Positions 46,835-57,528 of a DNA stretch of 64,000 nucleotides are shown in pieces. The notes under the pieces were generated by a model, which had not been told where the DNA came from, searched no databases, and saw nothing but the letters and a program-made list of their open reading frames with translations. This DNA is from an uncultured Chlorobiaceae bacterium (GTDB lineage Bacteria; Bacteroidota; Ignavibacteria; UBA10030; SZUA-254): the NCBI GenBank assembly GCA_964512655.1, contig CAZEJT010000001.1:13863-77862 (forward strand), written 5' to 3'. Within the stretch, counting starts at the first letter, position 1. Each line of letters starts with the position of its first letter. A program made the position numbers and the translations under genes.

Positions 46835-48099
46835 TTTTCCTTCAGCCGTGAAGGAAGCTCGTCGGCGACCCTGTCGAGCGGAATGGAGAATTCATCCTTC
46901 GAGAGCAGTCCTCTCACCGTCACCCGGTTCTTTTCAATCTCTTCGGATCCGATGACGATAAGCCGGTCTGAATTCTGGCGGTTCGCTTCTCTGAGCTGGG
47001 ACTTGAGGCTCCTTCCCAGCAGATCTGATTCAGTCGCAAGACCTTTACTCCTGAGCTTCAACACTAAGGACGCTACCAACTCCCTCGCTTTCTCGTCAGC
47101 AGAGGCGATGAACACCGTCGGATGCGGGGGCTCGTTGGCGTCATGCGGCTGCTTCTCCATCGCCATCAGCAGACGCTCCATGCCGGCCGCGAAACCGACT
47201 GCGGGAGTGTCTTTCCCGCCGAGGTCTTTTACCAGCAGGTCGTAGCGCCCGCCTCCCGCAAGCGCATCCTGAGAGCCGAGATCGGAACTGGTGATCTCGA
47301 ACGCCGTTTTCGTATAGTAGTCGAGCCCCCGGACGATTCTCCCGTCGATTTCATATGTCACTCCCGCCGCCGAGAGCATCGACTTGAGGCCTTCGAAATG
47401 CCCGCTGCATTCCGGACCGAGGTGCTCTATCATGAGCGGCGCGTCCTTGGTCGCCCGGCGGTCTCCCTCGTCTTTCGAATCGAGAATCCTGAGGGGATTC
47501 TGCTCCAGCCGGCGGAGGCTCTCCTCCGATAACTGATCGCGGCGCTCCCGCAGGTACCCCGTCAGAAGCTTTCGATAGGCGGGCCTGCACTCCCGGCATC
47601 CCACGGAGTTGATTCTGACGGCGAAATTCCGGAGGCCGAGGCTCTCATAGACACGCGCCGAGAGTGCGATGATCTCGGCATCGACCGCGGGTCCGGCGGA
47701 TCCGATCGCTTCTGCGCCGAACTGGTGGAACTGTCTTAACCGCCCCGCCTGGGGCCGTTCCTGGCGGAACATCGGAGCGATGTAATAGACTTTCACCAGC
47801 GGCTGCTGTTCGCCAAGATTGTTCTGGATGTAGGCGCGGATGACCGAAGCGGTCATCTCCGGCTTCAGCGTGAGGCTCGTCCCGCTGCGGTCGGCGAACG
47901 TGTACATTTCCTTCCCGACGATGTCCGTAAGCTCGCCGATGCTGCGCGAGAAGAGGGCGGTCTCCTCGAACGCGGGCGTCCGGATTTCAAGATAATTGAA
48001 GGAGTGCATTGCCGAGCGGACCGCCTCCTCGGCGAACTGCCACCGGTGAACTTCGCCCGGGAGAATGTCGTGCGTGCCTTTGATCGATCTGAATTTCAC
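46831..48099 (-). CDS. hisS: Histidine--tRNA ligase
   Basis: 422 aa with class II aaRS motifs (IRTPAFEETALF, YYIAPMFRQERPQAGRLRQFHQFG, GGGRYD) and a C-terminal anticodon-binding domain. Confidence 0.95.
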   Translation of the reverse strand: MKFRSIKGTHDILPGEVHRWQFAEEAVRSAMHSFNYLEIRTPAFEETALFSRSIGELTDIVGKEMYTFADRSGTSLTLKPEMTASVIRAYIQNNLGEQQPLVKVYYIAPMFRQERPQAGRLRQFHQFGAEAIGSAGPAVDAEIIALSARVYESLGLRNFAVRINSVGCRECRPAYRKLLTGYLRERRDQLSEESLRRLEQNPLRILDSKDEGDRRATKDAPLMIEHLGPECSGHFEGLKSMLSAAGVTYEIDGRIVRGLDYYTKTAFEITSSDLGSQDALAGGGRYDLLVKDLGGKDTPAVGFAAGMERLLMAMEKQPHDANEPPHPTVFIASADEKARELVASLVLKLRSKGLATESDLLGRSLKSQLREANRQNSDRLIVIGSEEIEKNRVTVRGLLSKDEFSIPLDRVADELPSRLKEK

Positions 48100-48168
48100 C
48101 GCTGCTCCATGGGCCCTCTGGCGGGGGCGGAGTGCGGAGGGAAGGGAGCCCGGGCGGTCCGGGCGGCG

Positions 48169-48639
48169 TTACATCTCCGAATAGCTTGCCTCTTCCTGCC
48201 TGAAGATTTCAAGAACCTCGCGGGGAGTTTTCGTCTCCAGAAGGCGGTTGCGGAAATCCTCCTTGTTCATCAAGCGCGAGATCCGGCTGAGGAGCTTGAT
48301 GTGCGGGCCCACCATGTTGTCCTTACCCACGAGGAGGAAGACGAGCCGGACGGGCTTTTCGTCGAGCGACTGATACGGGATGGGCTGCGCGGTCACGCCG
48401 AACGCCGCGACCGTGTCGGCGACGGCGTCGGTCTTCCCGTGCGGGATCGCGAAACCGTTCCCCACTCCGGTCGACATGATCTTCTCCCGGTCGAGGATCG
48501 CGGTTCTGACCTTGTCATGGTCGAGCACCTTGGGTGACTGGCTCACGAGCTCGACCATCGCATTGATGATCTCTTCCTTCGACTGGCCGGGGAGGTTCGT
48601 CCTGATGAGTTTTTCTTCGAGGATATCGCTGATCTTCAT
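48169..48639 (-). CDS. ptsN: PTS EIIA(Ntr)-type nitrogen regulatory protein
   Basis: 156 aa, an EIIA type-2 fold with phospho-His context GVGNGFAIPHGK. Confidence 0.85.
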   Translation of the reverse strand: MKISDILEEKLIRTNLPGQSKEEIINAMVELVSQSPKVLDHDKVRTAILDREKIMSTGVGNGFAIPHGKTDAVADTVAAFGVTAQPIPYQSLDEKPVRLVFLLVGKDNMVGPHIKLLSRISRLMNKEDFRNRLLETKTPREVLEIFRQEEASYSEM

Positions 48640-48739
48640 TCCTGTAATGCGCTCACGCTGTTCCTGGCAAAAAAAATACCCGTGAATGTAAGAAAATTAG
48701 GAGTTCATAGCAAGATTCGACGCGGGGCCGCAAGAGTCC

Positions 48740-49876
48740 CTATGCGCGAATTGCCTGTTTCAGGTCGGCGATGATGTCGTCCGGATCCTCGAGCCCCACC
48801 GAAACTCTGATAAGGCCGTCGGTCACGCCGATGCTCTTCCGCTGGGCGGGGGGGATGGAAGCGTGCGTCATGGTCGCGGGATGCGAGATAAGCGTTTCGA
48901 CTCCGCCGAGGCTCTCCGCAAGCGCGCAGAGCCGCACCCGTGCGAGCATCCGCTTCGCCTTCTGAAGGCCGCCGAGATCGAACGAGATCATACCGCCGAA
49001 GTTCGCCATCTGCCTCCGCGCGAGCCGGTGCTGGGGATGGGCGGGAAGGCCCGGATAGTACACCGCAGACACTCTCGGTTCCCTGGAAAGCCACGAGGCG
49101 ACCTTCATCGCGCTTGCCCCGTGCCGTTCCATGCGCACCGCGAGGGTCTTGACGCCCCGGAGGCAGAGCCACGCGTCGAACGGACTGAGAATCCCGCCGG
49201 CGGCCTTCTGCAAGAACCTGAGGCGCTCGACGACCGCCCTCCTGTTCGCGATCGCGATCCCCCCCAGCATGTCGCTGTGGCCGTTCAGGTATTTTGTCAG
49301 GCTGTGCACGACGATGTCGAAGCCGTGTTCGAGAGGCCGCTGGAGACAGGGAGTCGCAAACGTGTTGTCGCACACGCTCAGGATGCCTTTAGAGCGGGCG
49401 AGCTTCGCCGCGGCGGAAAGGTCGGTGACTTCCATCGTCGGGTTGGCCGGGGTTTCGATGAAGAGCATCCGCGTATTTTTCCGGATCGCCTTGCGGACGA
49501 GGTCGAGCCGCGTCGTGCTCACGAAATCGAACCGGAGCCCGTACTCCTCCAGAATGAACTTTCCGATCCTGTAGGTGCCGCCGTACACGCTGTCGGAGAC
49601 GACGGCGTGGTCCCCCGGTTTCAGGAGCCGGAACACGGCGTCGATCGCGGCCATCCCCGATCCGAACGCCATGCCCTCCTTGCCGTTCTCGAGCGCGGCG
49701 AGATTGCGCTCGAGGGCGTCACGGGTGGGATTGTTGACGCGGGAATACTCGTAGCCCTTGTTTTTCCCGAGCCCTTCCTGCACGTACGTGGAGGTGAGGT
49801 AGACCGGCGTCATCACCGCCCCCGAGAGGGGATCGGGAAACTGTCCGGCGTGGATCGCTTTCGTCGAGAAGCGCAT
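48740..49876 (-). CDS. Cystathionine gamma-lyase/gamma-synthase family PLP enzyme
   Basis: 378 aa with YSRVNNPT, the PLP-lysine context HSLTKYLNGHSD and C-terminal RVSVGLED. Confidence 0.9.
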   Translation of the reverse strand: MRFSTKAIHAGQFPDPLSGAVMTPVYLTSTYVQEGLGKNKGYEYSRVNNPTRDALERNLAALENGKEGMAFGSGMAAIDAVFRLLKPGDHAVVSDSVYGGTYRIGKFILEEYGLRFDFVSTTRLDLVRKAIRKNTRMLFIETPANPTMEVTDLSAAAKLARSKGILSVCDNTFATPCLQRPLEHGFDIVVHSLTKYLNGHSDMLGGIAIANRRAVVERLRFLQKAAGGILSPFDAWLCLRGVKTLAVRMERHGASAMKVASWLSREPRVSAVYYPGLPAHPQHRLARRQMANFGGMISFDLGGLQKAKRMLARVRLCALAESLGGVETLISHPATMTHASIPPAQRKSIGVTDGLIRVSVGLEDPDDIIADLKQAIRA

Positions 49877-49879
49877 CGT

Positions 49880-51268
<1,389 letters not shown>

Positions 51269-51293
51269 CGTGTGTCCTTGAGTGCCGGCCTGA

Positions 51294-52076
51294 TCAGCCG
51301 TTACGGGCGGTATGGGGGTGAGGCGCGCGCGTCCTGTTCATCAGGCTCGCGGCGAAGCCCGCCCCGAATCCGTTGTCGATATTCACGACGGTTACGCCGC
51401 TGGCGCAGGAATTGAGCATGGCAAGGAGGGCGGCGATCCCCTGGAAGCTCGCCCCGTACCCCACGGAGGTCGGAAGAGCGATCACCGGGACGTCCACAAG
51501 CCCTGCGACGACGCTCGGGAGGGCGCCCTCCATCCCCGCGGCGACGATGATGACCGACGCCTGCGCGAGTTTTTCGCTCTGGGAGAGAAGTCTGTGGATG
51601 CCGGCGACGCCGACGTCGTACAGGGTTTCGACGGGATTGGAGAGCATCCTGGCGGTCATCGCGGCTTCTTCGGCGACAGGAATATCGCTTGTCCCCGCCG
51701 TGACCACGAGGATCGTTCCGAGGCCCTTTGCGGGCCGGCTGGGCTCGTTAGCGGTGATGATCCGCGCGGCATCGTGGAAGCGGGCGGTCCGGATCTTTCG
51801 CCTGACGCTCCTGAAGTGATCTTTCGTAGCCCGCGTGGCGAGGAGAGGCTGGCCGCGCTTGTAGAGCCGCACGGCGATTTCCGCTACCTGCGCCGGAGTT
51901 TTCCCCTGACAGAGGATGACTTCGGGGAATCCCTGCCGCAGCTGGCGGTGGTGATCCACGGTCGCGAAGCCGAGCGATTCCGAGCGGAGAGCGGCAATCG
52001 ATCGCACCACGCTCTCTCCCTCGAGGTCGCCGCGTTTGTACCGCTCGAGAAGACGCCTGAGCTCTTCCTTCGTCAT
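51294..52076 (-). CDS. larB: LarB (PurE-like nicotinic acid adenine dinucleotide carboxylase/hydrolase for the nickel-pincer cofactor)
   Basis: 260 aa. The N-terminal region ATVDHHRQLRQGFPEVILCQGKT is followed by a PurE-like Rossmann segment ILVVTAGTSDIPVAEEA ... IVAAGMEGALPSVVAG. Confidence 0.8.
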   Translation of the reverse strand: MTKEELRRLLERYKRGDLEGESVVRSIAALRSESLGFATVDHHRQLRQGFPEVILCQGKTPAQVAEIAVRLYKRGQPLLATRATKDHFRSVRRKIRTARFHDAARIITANEPSRPAKGLGTILVVTAGTSDIPVAEEAAMTARMLSNPVETLYDVGVAGIHRLLSQSEKLAQASVIIVAAGMEGALPSVVAGLVDVPVIALPTSVGYGASFQGIAALLAMLNSCASGVTVVNIDNGFGAGFAASLMNRTRAPHPHTARNG

Positions 52077-52126
52077 GGCGGCAAAATATACTCGATTTTG
52101 GGGGGAGAAGCAAGGAGATGGAGGGC

Positions 52127-52150
52127 ACGCCGGCTAAAGCCGGCGCCTAC
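52127..52150 (-). repeat. REP-like palindromic element
   Basis: ACGCCGGCTAAAGCCGGCGCCTAC, upstream of the larB start. Confidence 0.8.
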
Positions 52151-52195
52151 CGGCGACGAAGAGTGGCGGCGCGAACCTCAGTTGCGTCCTGATGG

Positions 52196-52219
52196 ACGCC
52201 GGTTAAATCCGGCGCCTAC
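52196..52219 (-). repeat. REP-like palindromic element overlapping the stop codon of the giant T9SS protein
   Basis: ACGCCGGTTAAATCCGGCGCCTAC (compensated stem variant). The TAG stop of the minus-strand gene (52218-52216) is the TAG of the GTAG head. Confidence 0.75.
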
Positions 52220-55200
52220 TTGAGCATCATCATCTTCTTGACGAGCGTGAACGATTGGGCGACGGGATTTTCGTCGTCGGTGAACGTCTCGGCCACCATC
52301 CGGTAGAAGTACACACCCGACGCCAGCTTCAACCCGACTGCGGAGAACTGAACCTGATTCCACCCCTCGTCGAGGGTCTCCTTGTTGAGGAGCGTGGCGA
52401 CTTCCTGCCCGAGCGTGTTGTAAATCTTCATCGTCACGACGCTCGGCCGGACGAGATAGAACTCGATCGTGGTCGACGGGTTGAACGGATTGGGATAATT
52501 CTGCTCCAGCGTGATCCTCTCCGGGAAGCCGAAGGAATTCGATCCCGCAGCCGCCTGAGTCCCGACAGCCGAAAACGAACTGTCAAGGCGCAGGAACGAC
52601 ACCTGGGAAAGGGGCCGGACGGGCGTCAGTTGAAGTCCCGTTGCAAATCCGAGCGTATCGAGAGGGCCCGAGAACGCCGAATCGATCATCCGGATGACTC
52701 CGAAGAAGCCGATGGAATCGAGCGCCTCGTACCCGGGCGGAATAGCGCAGTGGTCTTTACCGACCGTGTCCTTGTAGGAGGACATGTACGAATCGAGCGT
52801 GCCCGCAATGTCGCGGATCGTCTTCCCGTTGAAGGGATTGCTCCCGCCTGCGTCGAAGATCAGGTTCCCGAAGCCGCCGGGGGTCAGGCCCAGGTCGCTC
52901 GCCTTAATGTTGCACTGGAGCGCGACCGCTTCGGCGAAGAGCCTGTCGTTTCCCTGCGTCGGGGTGAGGTGTCTCTGCTGCTTTTTGATCGGCTTCAACG
53001 TGTTGGCAAAGACGCCGAGACAGCGGGGGTCTCCGATGTGCATGCGCCCCTTTCCGTCGATCAGAGATTTCATCACGTCGCCATAATTCAAATGGAGGAC
53101 GGTGTGCGGCCCTCCGAGTCCGACGCGCAGGTTTGAGGCACCCCCTGCGGAGAGGACATTGATGGCGTTCGGCATCGGCCAGCGGAGGATATTGTTGACG
53201 AAAGCCGCCGGCGTCCCCACCACGCTCCTGTGACCTCCGGGAAAGACCCACCACCATTTCGCACCGGTCTCGTCGACGGGCTTGACCCCGAAGCCGTGGA
53301 TGATGATCGTGTCCCCCGAATCCACCGGCGCCGCAAAGGTAATGTCGGCCCTGTCTTTCTTCTCGGAGATGACCTGAGTTGCCGGCCGGCTGATCTGGAG
53401 CGTGTCGAGCAGGACCGGTTTGAACTTTACGACGAGCTTCTGCACCACCGAATCGTTCGATTCCGTGTTTTGAAAGCCCAGCGTGAACTCAACCTTCGTC
53501 GGCTTGAGCGCGACCGGCTTGGGCTTCCCCTTCTGGTTTTTAGCAAGGGCGAGACTTTCGGGGAGGAACGTCCTGAAGGAAAGGCTGAAACTCGAGTCGC
53601 GCGTGTTCCCGAAATCGATCCCCAAGAGGGCCTGTTCGGGTCCGAGATCGACGACGTGCGGGGCAAGATTCGGGGGCCGGGTCTGACGCCAGTTCGAGCG
53701 GAACACTTCGCTCACCGTGTATTTGCCGGGCCAGAGACCGGGGAGAGAGTAACTCCCGTCGGATTGCGTGTGGGCCGTGGCGTTCGCCGTCGTGCCGTAG
53801 GGGGTAGTCCCGACGGTCGACAACTGGATGGTCCACCCCGCAAGTCCCGAGTCGGCGCCGTCCTTCACCCCGTTGCCGTCGATGTCGTTGAACTTCATCC
53901 CCGCGATACTCCCCGGGAGGATCTGGTAGTTTCCGAAATCGACGCTGTCGAGCGTCGCGCCCGGGGTCATGGTCAGGACATACGGGGTGTCGGGAGTGGA
54001 AGGCCACCAGCCGACGTTCCCCTGGGTGAGCAGTTCGGAAACGGTGCATTTCCCGGGCGGAATGCCCTGGAAGAGATAGAAGCCGCTGCTGTCGCTGGTG
54101 CGTTTCCTGTCGTAGATCTTGTGATTGGCGGAGTCGCGTATGACGCAGTGAATCACAAACCCCGCGACTCCCTGCTCGTCGGGATCGAAGATCTGGTTGC
54201 GATTGCGGTCGTAGAACTTCTGTCCGATGATAGTATTCGTCAGGGGAGAGAAGTAGTTCCCGAAGTCGAGGCCGTTCAGATTCGTGCTCAGGTTCGGTAT
54301 AACGACCGGATAGGTTTCGGACGCGGGAAACGATTCGACCCATCCGTGATGGAGCTTTCCGGGGGCCTCGCTCACCACGAACGATCCTGGTTCGAGCACG
54401 AAGAGCTGGTAGCGCCCGAGCGAATCCGTATAGTCATAGTCGACAAGGACTCCGTTCGTGTCGGAGAGAATCACCCGCCAGTCGCCGAGGAGCGAGTCGG
54501 TTCCCCCCTCGTAAAGCGAATCCTTGTTGACGTCGTTGAAGACCTTCCCGTTCACGAAGCTCGCATTCGTAAAGTTCCCGAACCAGAGGCTGTCGACGAG
54601 CGTGTCGGGAGCAGACATGGTTATGCTGTACCCGGAGGGAAAGGGGGACGGAAACGTCTGGGTCCACCCGGAGATCAGTTCATCGGTGATCGTGTATGAG
54701 CCGAGAGGGAGCGGCAGGGAGAATCTTCCCCTGAAATTCGATTTCGTTGAAATCGTGATGCCCTGCCCGCTCGCCGTGACGAGCCAGTTCTTTACGCCCC
54801 GGTCGGTGCTGTCCTTCATTCCGTTGTCGTTCACATCGAAGAATGTCCTGCCCGCGATCCTCCCTCCCTGGTCGAAGACGACGACATTATCCACGAACCA
54901 GCCTGGGAAATCGTTCTCAAGCGAATCGCCCGTGTCGAAATAGAATCGCAGTCTGAGGGTATGACCCGCATACGGCGTAAGATTGAGAGACGAGACGACC
55001 CATCCGTAGCTGTCGCCTGAGGGAGCCGACCCGTATCCTCCCCGAAGAGAGGTCCAGCTGGCTCCGCCATTCGTGCTCGCGTCGACCATGCAGAAATCCC
55101 ACCCGGCTTCGGTCACGTAATTCTCCGCGAAGAGGAGGCTGACAGACCCGGCGGCGGCCGTGAGATCGATCGGGGGAGAGATGAGGGCTGAATTGATCCG

Positions 55201-55641
55201 GCCTCCGTTGCCGTACGTTCCGGGTCCCTCGATCCCCGCCCACCAGCTGTGGGTCGGCGAATTCGAATTCAGGGTTGACTGGTGCCAGAGATCGGAGCCC
55301 GAATACGCCACGGAGGTCCAGCCGTTGGCTCCCCCCTCCATATTGTCTTCGAAGAATATCGTTGACGAGGTGCTGAACGATTTGTCGATTCTGAGAGTCG
55401 CCCCCGGGCCGGCAGAAAACGGCGCTCTCAAGCCCTGAGAGAGCCCGATCCTCCGGCGGTAGTCCCTCAACTGCCGGGTGGCCTCCATCGTGCGGAGTTG
55501 CGTCGAGTTGGCCTTAGGCCTCGGCTGACGCTGGACGGCCAGCGAATTCTGGACGGAAACGAGGGGTAGTGCAAGGGACAGAAGCCAAAGAGTGAAGAGT
55601 ACCGGAGAGCTTTGCGGGCGAAGACTGGAATAAGTATTCAT
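52216..55641 (-). CDS. Large secreted surface protein with SdrD-B-like repeats and T9SS C-terminal sorting domain
   Basis: About 1141 aa from ATG 55641, with signal peptide MNTYSSLRPQSSPVLFTLWLLSLALPLVSVQN. Four copies of a G-x-x-F-x-D-x-N/D motif are present: GRTFFDVNDNGMKD, GKVFNDVNKDSLYE, GQKFYDRNRNQIFD and GMKFNDIDGNGVKD. The C-terminus is NYPNPFNPSTTIEFYL...SGVYFYRM. The track ORF extends to 56292 only by chance. Confidence 0.8.
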   Translation of the reverse strand: MNTYSSLRPQSSPVLFTLWLLSLALPLVSVQNSLAVQRQPRPKANSTQLRTMEATRQLRDYRRRIGLSQGLRAPFSAGPGATLRIDKSFSTSSTIFFEDNMEGGANGWTSVAYSGSDLWHQSTLNSNSPTHSWWAGIEGPGTYGNGGRINSALISPPIDLTAAAGSVSLLFAENYVTEAGWDFCMVDASTNGGASWTSLRGGYGSAPSGDSYGWVVSSLNLTPYAGHTLRLRFYFDTGDSLENDFPGWFVDNVVVFDQGGRIAGRTFFDVNDNGMKDSTDRGVKNWLVTASGQGITISTKSNFRGRFSLPLPLGSYTITDELISGWTQTFPSPFPSGYSITMSAPDTLVDSLWFGNFTNASFVNGKVFNDVNKDSLYEGGTDSLLGDWRVILSDTNGVLVDYDYTDSLGRYQLFVLEPGSFVVSEAPGKLHHGWVESFPASETYPVVIPNLSTNLNGLDFGNYFSPLTNTIIGQKFYDRNRNQIFDPDEQGVAGFVIHCVIRDSANHKIYDRKRTSDSSGFYLFQGIPPGKCTVSELLTQGNVGWWPSTPDTPYVLTMTPGATLDSVDFGNYQILPGSIAGMKFNDIDGNGVKDGADSGLAGWTIQLSTVGTTPYGTTANATAHTQSDGSYSLPGLWPGKYTVSEVFRSNWRQTRPPNLAPHVVDLGPEQALLGIDFGNTRDSSFSLSFRTFLPESLALAKNQKGKPKPVALKPTKVEFTLGFQNTESNDSVVQKLVVKFKPVLLDTLQISRPATQVISEKKDRADITFAAPVDSGDTIIIHGFGVKPVDETGAKWWWVFPGGHRSVVGTPAAFVNNILRWPMPNAINVLSAGGASNLRVGLGGPHTVLHLNYGDVMKSLIDGKGRMHIGDPRCLGVFANTLKPIKKQQRHLTPTQGNDRLFAEAVALQCNIKASDLGLTPGGFGNLIFDAGGSNPFNGKTIRDIAGTLDSYMSSYKDTVGKDHCAIPPGYEALDSIGFFGVIRMIDSAFSGPLDTLGFATGLQLTPVRPLSQVSFLRLDSSFSAVGTQAAAGSNSFGFPERITLEQNYPNPFNPSTTIEFYLVRPSVVTMKIYNTLGQEVATLLNKETLDEGWNQVQFSAVGLKLASGVYFYRMVAETFTDDENPVAQSFTLVKKMMMLK

Positions 55642-55756
55642 GGGAAACCCCCTTGTGAATGAGTGAATAAGGATCCCTCTCTTCTCCCAGGAATAACAGG
55701 CAGGAATGGCTCTGCGGGGGGCCAAAAAAAGATACGATGAACGATTCGTAAAGTCA

Positions 55757-55793
55757 ATAAAAAAACCCGGTCCAGCTAATGCTGAACCGGGTT
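55757..55793 (-). terminator. Rho-independent terminator (minus strand) with no upstream minus-strand CDS
   Basis: Minus strand reads AACCCGGT-TCAGC-ATTA-GCTGG-ACCGGGTT followed by TTTTTATT. That is an 8-bp plus 4-bp GC-rich stem, a tetraloop and a T tract. On the plus strand the stem is preceded by A7 and not followed by Ts. Confidence 0.5.
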
Positions 55794-56002
55794 CCCACCA
55801 ATCCACAAGGTAAGCTGTCAGGAGGAACAACTTACTGACCCAAGATACTACAACCTCTTGAGGCGTCCTGTGCGACTCATCAAGCCTTGTGCGCAGCGTC
55901 AATCGAAAGGGGGTCTCACGGAATGCCCCAAAATCCTTGAATGTTAGGGCGATTCTTCGTATTTTTAACCCATCAGAGGTCAGGGAATCGCGTAAATCCG
56001 GT

Positions 56003-56623
56003 TTGCTCGCCCCTATCTGCAGTTTCGTTCTCGGGTACACCATCGGTTCGCTGCCGACCGCCTTTCTGTTGGTGAAGTGGAAATCGCGCATCGACGTGAG
56101 GGGAGCGGGAAGCGGTAACGTAGGCGCGTTGAATGCATCCGAGGTGAGCGGCTCCAAGCTTATCGGAGCCGCGGTGCTGATTCTCGACCTCGCAAAGGGG
56201 ATGTGCGCAGTATTCATCTGCTCCGGCCTCTTTGGGGGAGACGAGTTTTGGATCAGGGGCGCGGCGGGCCTCGGAGCGGTCGCCGGGCACAATTATCCGG
56301 TGTGGCTTCGATTCAGGGGAGGGCGCGGGCTCGCGACTGCCGCCGGAGTGATGTTCGCCGTAAGCTGGCCGCTCGTCGTCATCTGGTGCCTCGTATGGCT
56401 GATGGTGTTTGGCTTTTCCCGGAGCGTCCACGGCTCGAACATCCTCGCTTCGATCTGTACGCCGCCTGCGGCACTACCGGTTCTCCGCTTCCTCCGGCCC
56501 GGGCCGGAGGGGGGTGATACGATGAATACCGTTCTGCTGATGTCTATGATCTCACTCCTCATTCTGATCCGTCACGTCGACACCGTGGCCGGTCTAAGGG
56601 GAAAATTCCGCACAACACACTGA
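56003..56623 (+). CDS. plsY: Glycerol-3-phosphate acyltransferase PlsY
   Basis: LGYTIGSLPTAFLL, GSGNVGALNA, HNYPVWLRFRGGRGLAT and 5-6 TM helices. The start was chosen as in-frame TTG 56003 (uncertain). The track start at 55889 adds an unlikely hydrophilic extension. Confidence 0.8.
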   Translation: MLAPICSFVLGYTIGSLPTAFLLVKWKSRIDVRGAGSGNVGALNASEVSGSKLIGAAVLILDLAKGMCAVFICSGLFGGDEFWIRGAAGLGAVAGHNYPVWLRFRGGRGLATAAGVMFAVSWPLVVIWCLVWLMVFGFSRSVHGSNILASICTPPAALPVLRFLRPGPEGGDTMNTVLLMSMISLLILIRHVDTVAGLRGKFRTTH

Positions 56624-56634
56624 TCGAACCAACC

Positions 56635-57528
56635 ATGCACCAATCCACAGTCGAAGAGCTTCAGGAAATGTCCCGGCAGATCCGGCGCGATATCATGAAG
56701 ATGCTGATGATCTCGAAATCGGGGCACTCAGGGGGCACGCTCGGCCTGGCTGATGTCTTCGCCTCGCTCTATTTCAACATACTGAAGCTCGACCCGTCGA
56801 ATCCGCGCTGGAACGAACGGGATTATTTTTTCCTTTCCGCGGGACACCTCTGCCCGGTCTGGTACGCTACGCTCGCCAGGCGGGGATTCTTCCCGATCTC
56901 CGAGTTGACGACGCTCCGCAAGATCAACGGACGGCTCCAGGGTCATCCTGCGCCGCCGTGGACACACGGGGTCCCGGGCGCAGAGGTAGCTTCGGGCGCC
57001 CTGGGGCAGGGCCTCTCGATCGCGGTGGGGTGCGCTCTCGGACTCCGGCTCGACGGAAAGCCCAACCGGGTCTATTGCCTTCACGGGGACGGAGAGCTAG
57101 ACGAAGGACAGATCTGGGAAGCCGTGATGACCGCGGGGCATCACAAGGTCGACCGGCTCATCGCCATCGTCGACCGGAACATGTGCCAGATCGACAACCG
57201 GACCGAGAAGGTCATGGAACTGGAGCCGCTCGCCGACAAGTGGAAGGCGTTCAACTGGCATGTGCTCGAGTGCGACGGGAATGATGTCGGCCAATTCCTG
57301 CAGACGATGTCGCAGGCGCAGCAGCTCACCGGAAAGCCCACCGTGATCATCGCCCATACGCTGATGGGGAAGGGCGTCTCGTTCATGGAGGACGACTACC
57401 GCTGGCACGGCATTCCCCCGGATGAGACGCAGGGGCGGCAGGCCCTCAGCGAGCTGGCCCCCACGAAGTACGGAGACTTCGTCGAGTTCGACTGGGAGAA
57501 GCAGCCGGTCGAGGAGGGAGCGAAGTAG
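56635..57528 (+). CDS. Transketolase, N-terminal (TPP pyrophosphate-binding) subunit
   Basis: 297 aa with SGHSGGTLGLADV and GHPAP; GDGELDEGQIWEA matches the TPP-binding GDG-x-E-G motif. Confidence 0.9.
   Translation: MHQSTVEELQEMSRQIRRDIMKMLMISKSGHSGGTLGLADVFASLYFNILKLDPSNPRWNERDYFFLSAGHLCPVWYATLARRGFFPISELTTLRKINGRLQGHPAPPWTHGVPGAEVASGALGQGLSIAVGCALGLRLDGKPNRVYCLHGDGELDEGQIWEAVMTAGHHKVDRLIAIVDRNMCQIDNRTEKVMELEPLADKWKAFNWHVLECDGNDVGQFLQTMSQAQQLTGKPTVIIAHTLMGKGVSFMEDDYRWHGIPPDETQGRQALSELAPTKYGDFVEFDWEKQPVEEGAK

Noticed and set aside
55794-55935. Candidate known RNA: SRP (4.5S), 6S, RNase P or a GEMM-I c-di-GMP riboswitch
   Set aside because: By eye it lacks the SRP domain IV GGAAGCAGC/GNAR signature, 5'/3' end pairing for a 6S closing stem, the RNase P GAGGAAAGUCC motif, and the GEMM-I GCAAA...ACGCAAAGC core. 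It is kept only as an unclassified structured RNA candidate.
55642-56292. N-terminal 217-codon extension of the giant ORF (track start 56292)
   Set aside because: The extension runs through the intergenic terminator and antisense to plsY. It has no signal peptide, whereas Met at 55641 is followed by a classic signal peptide.
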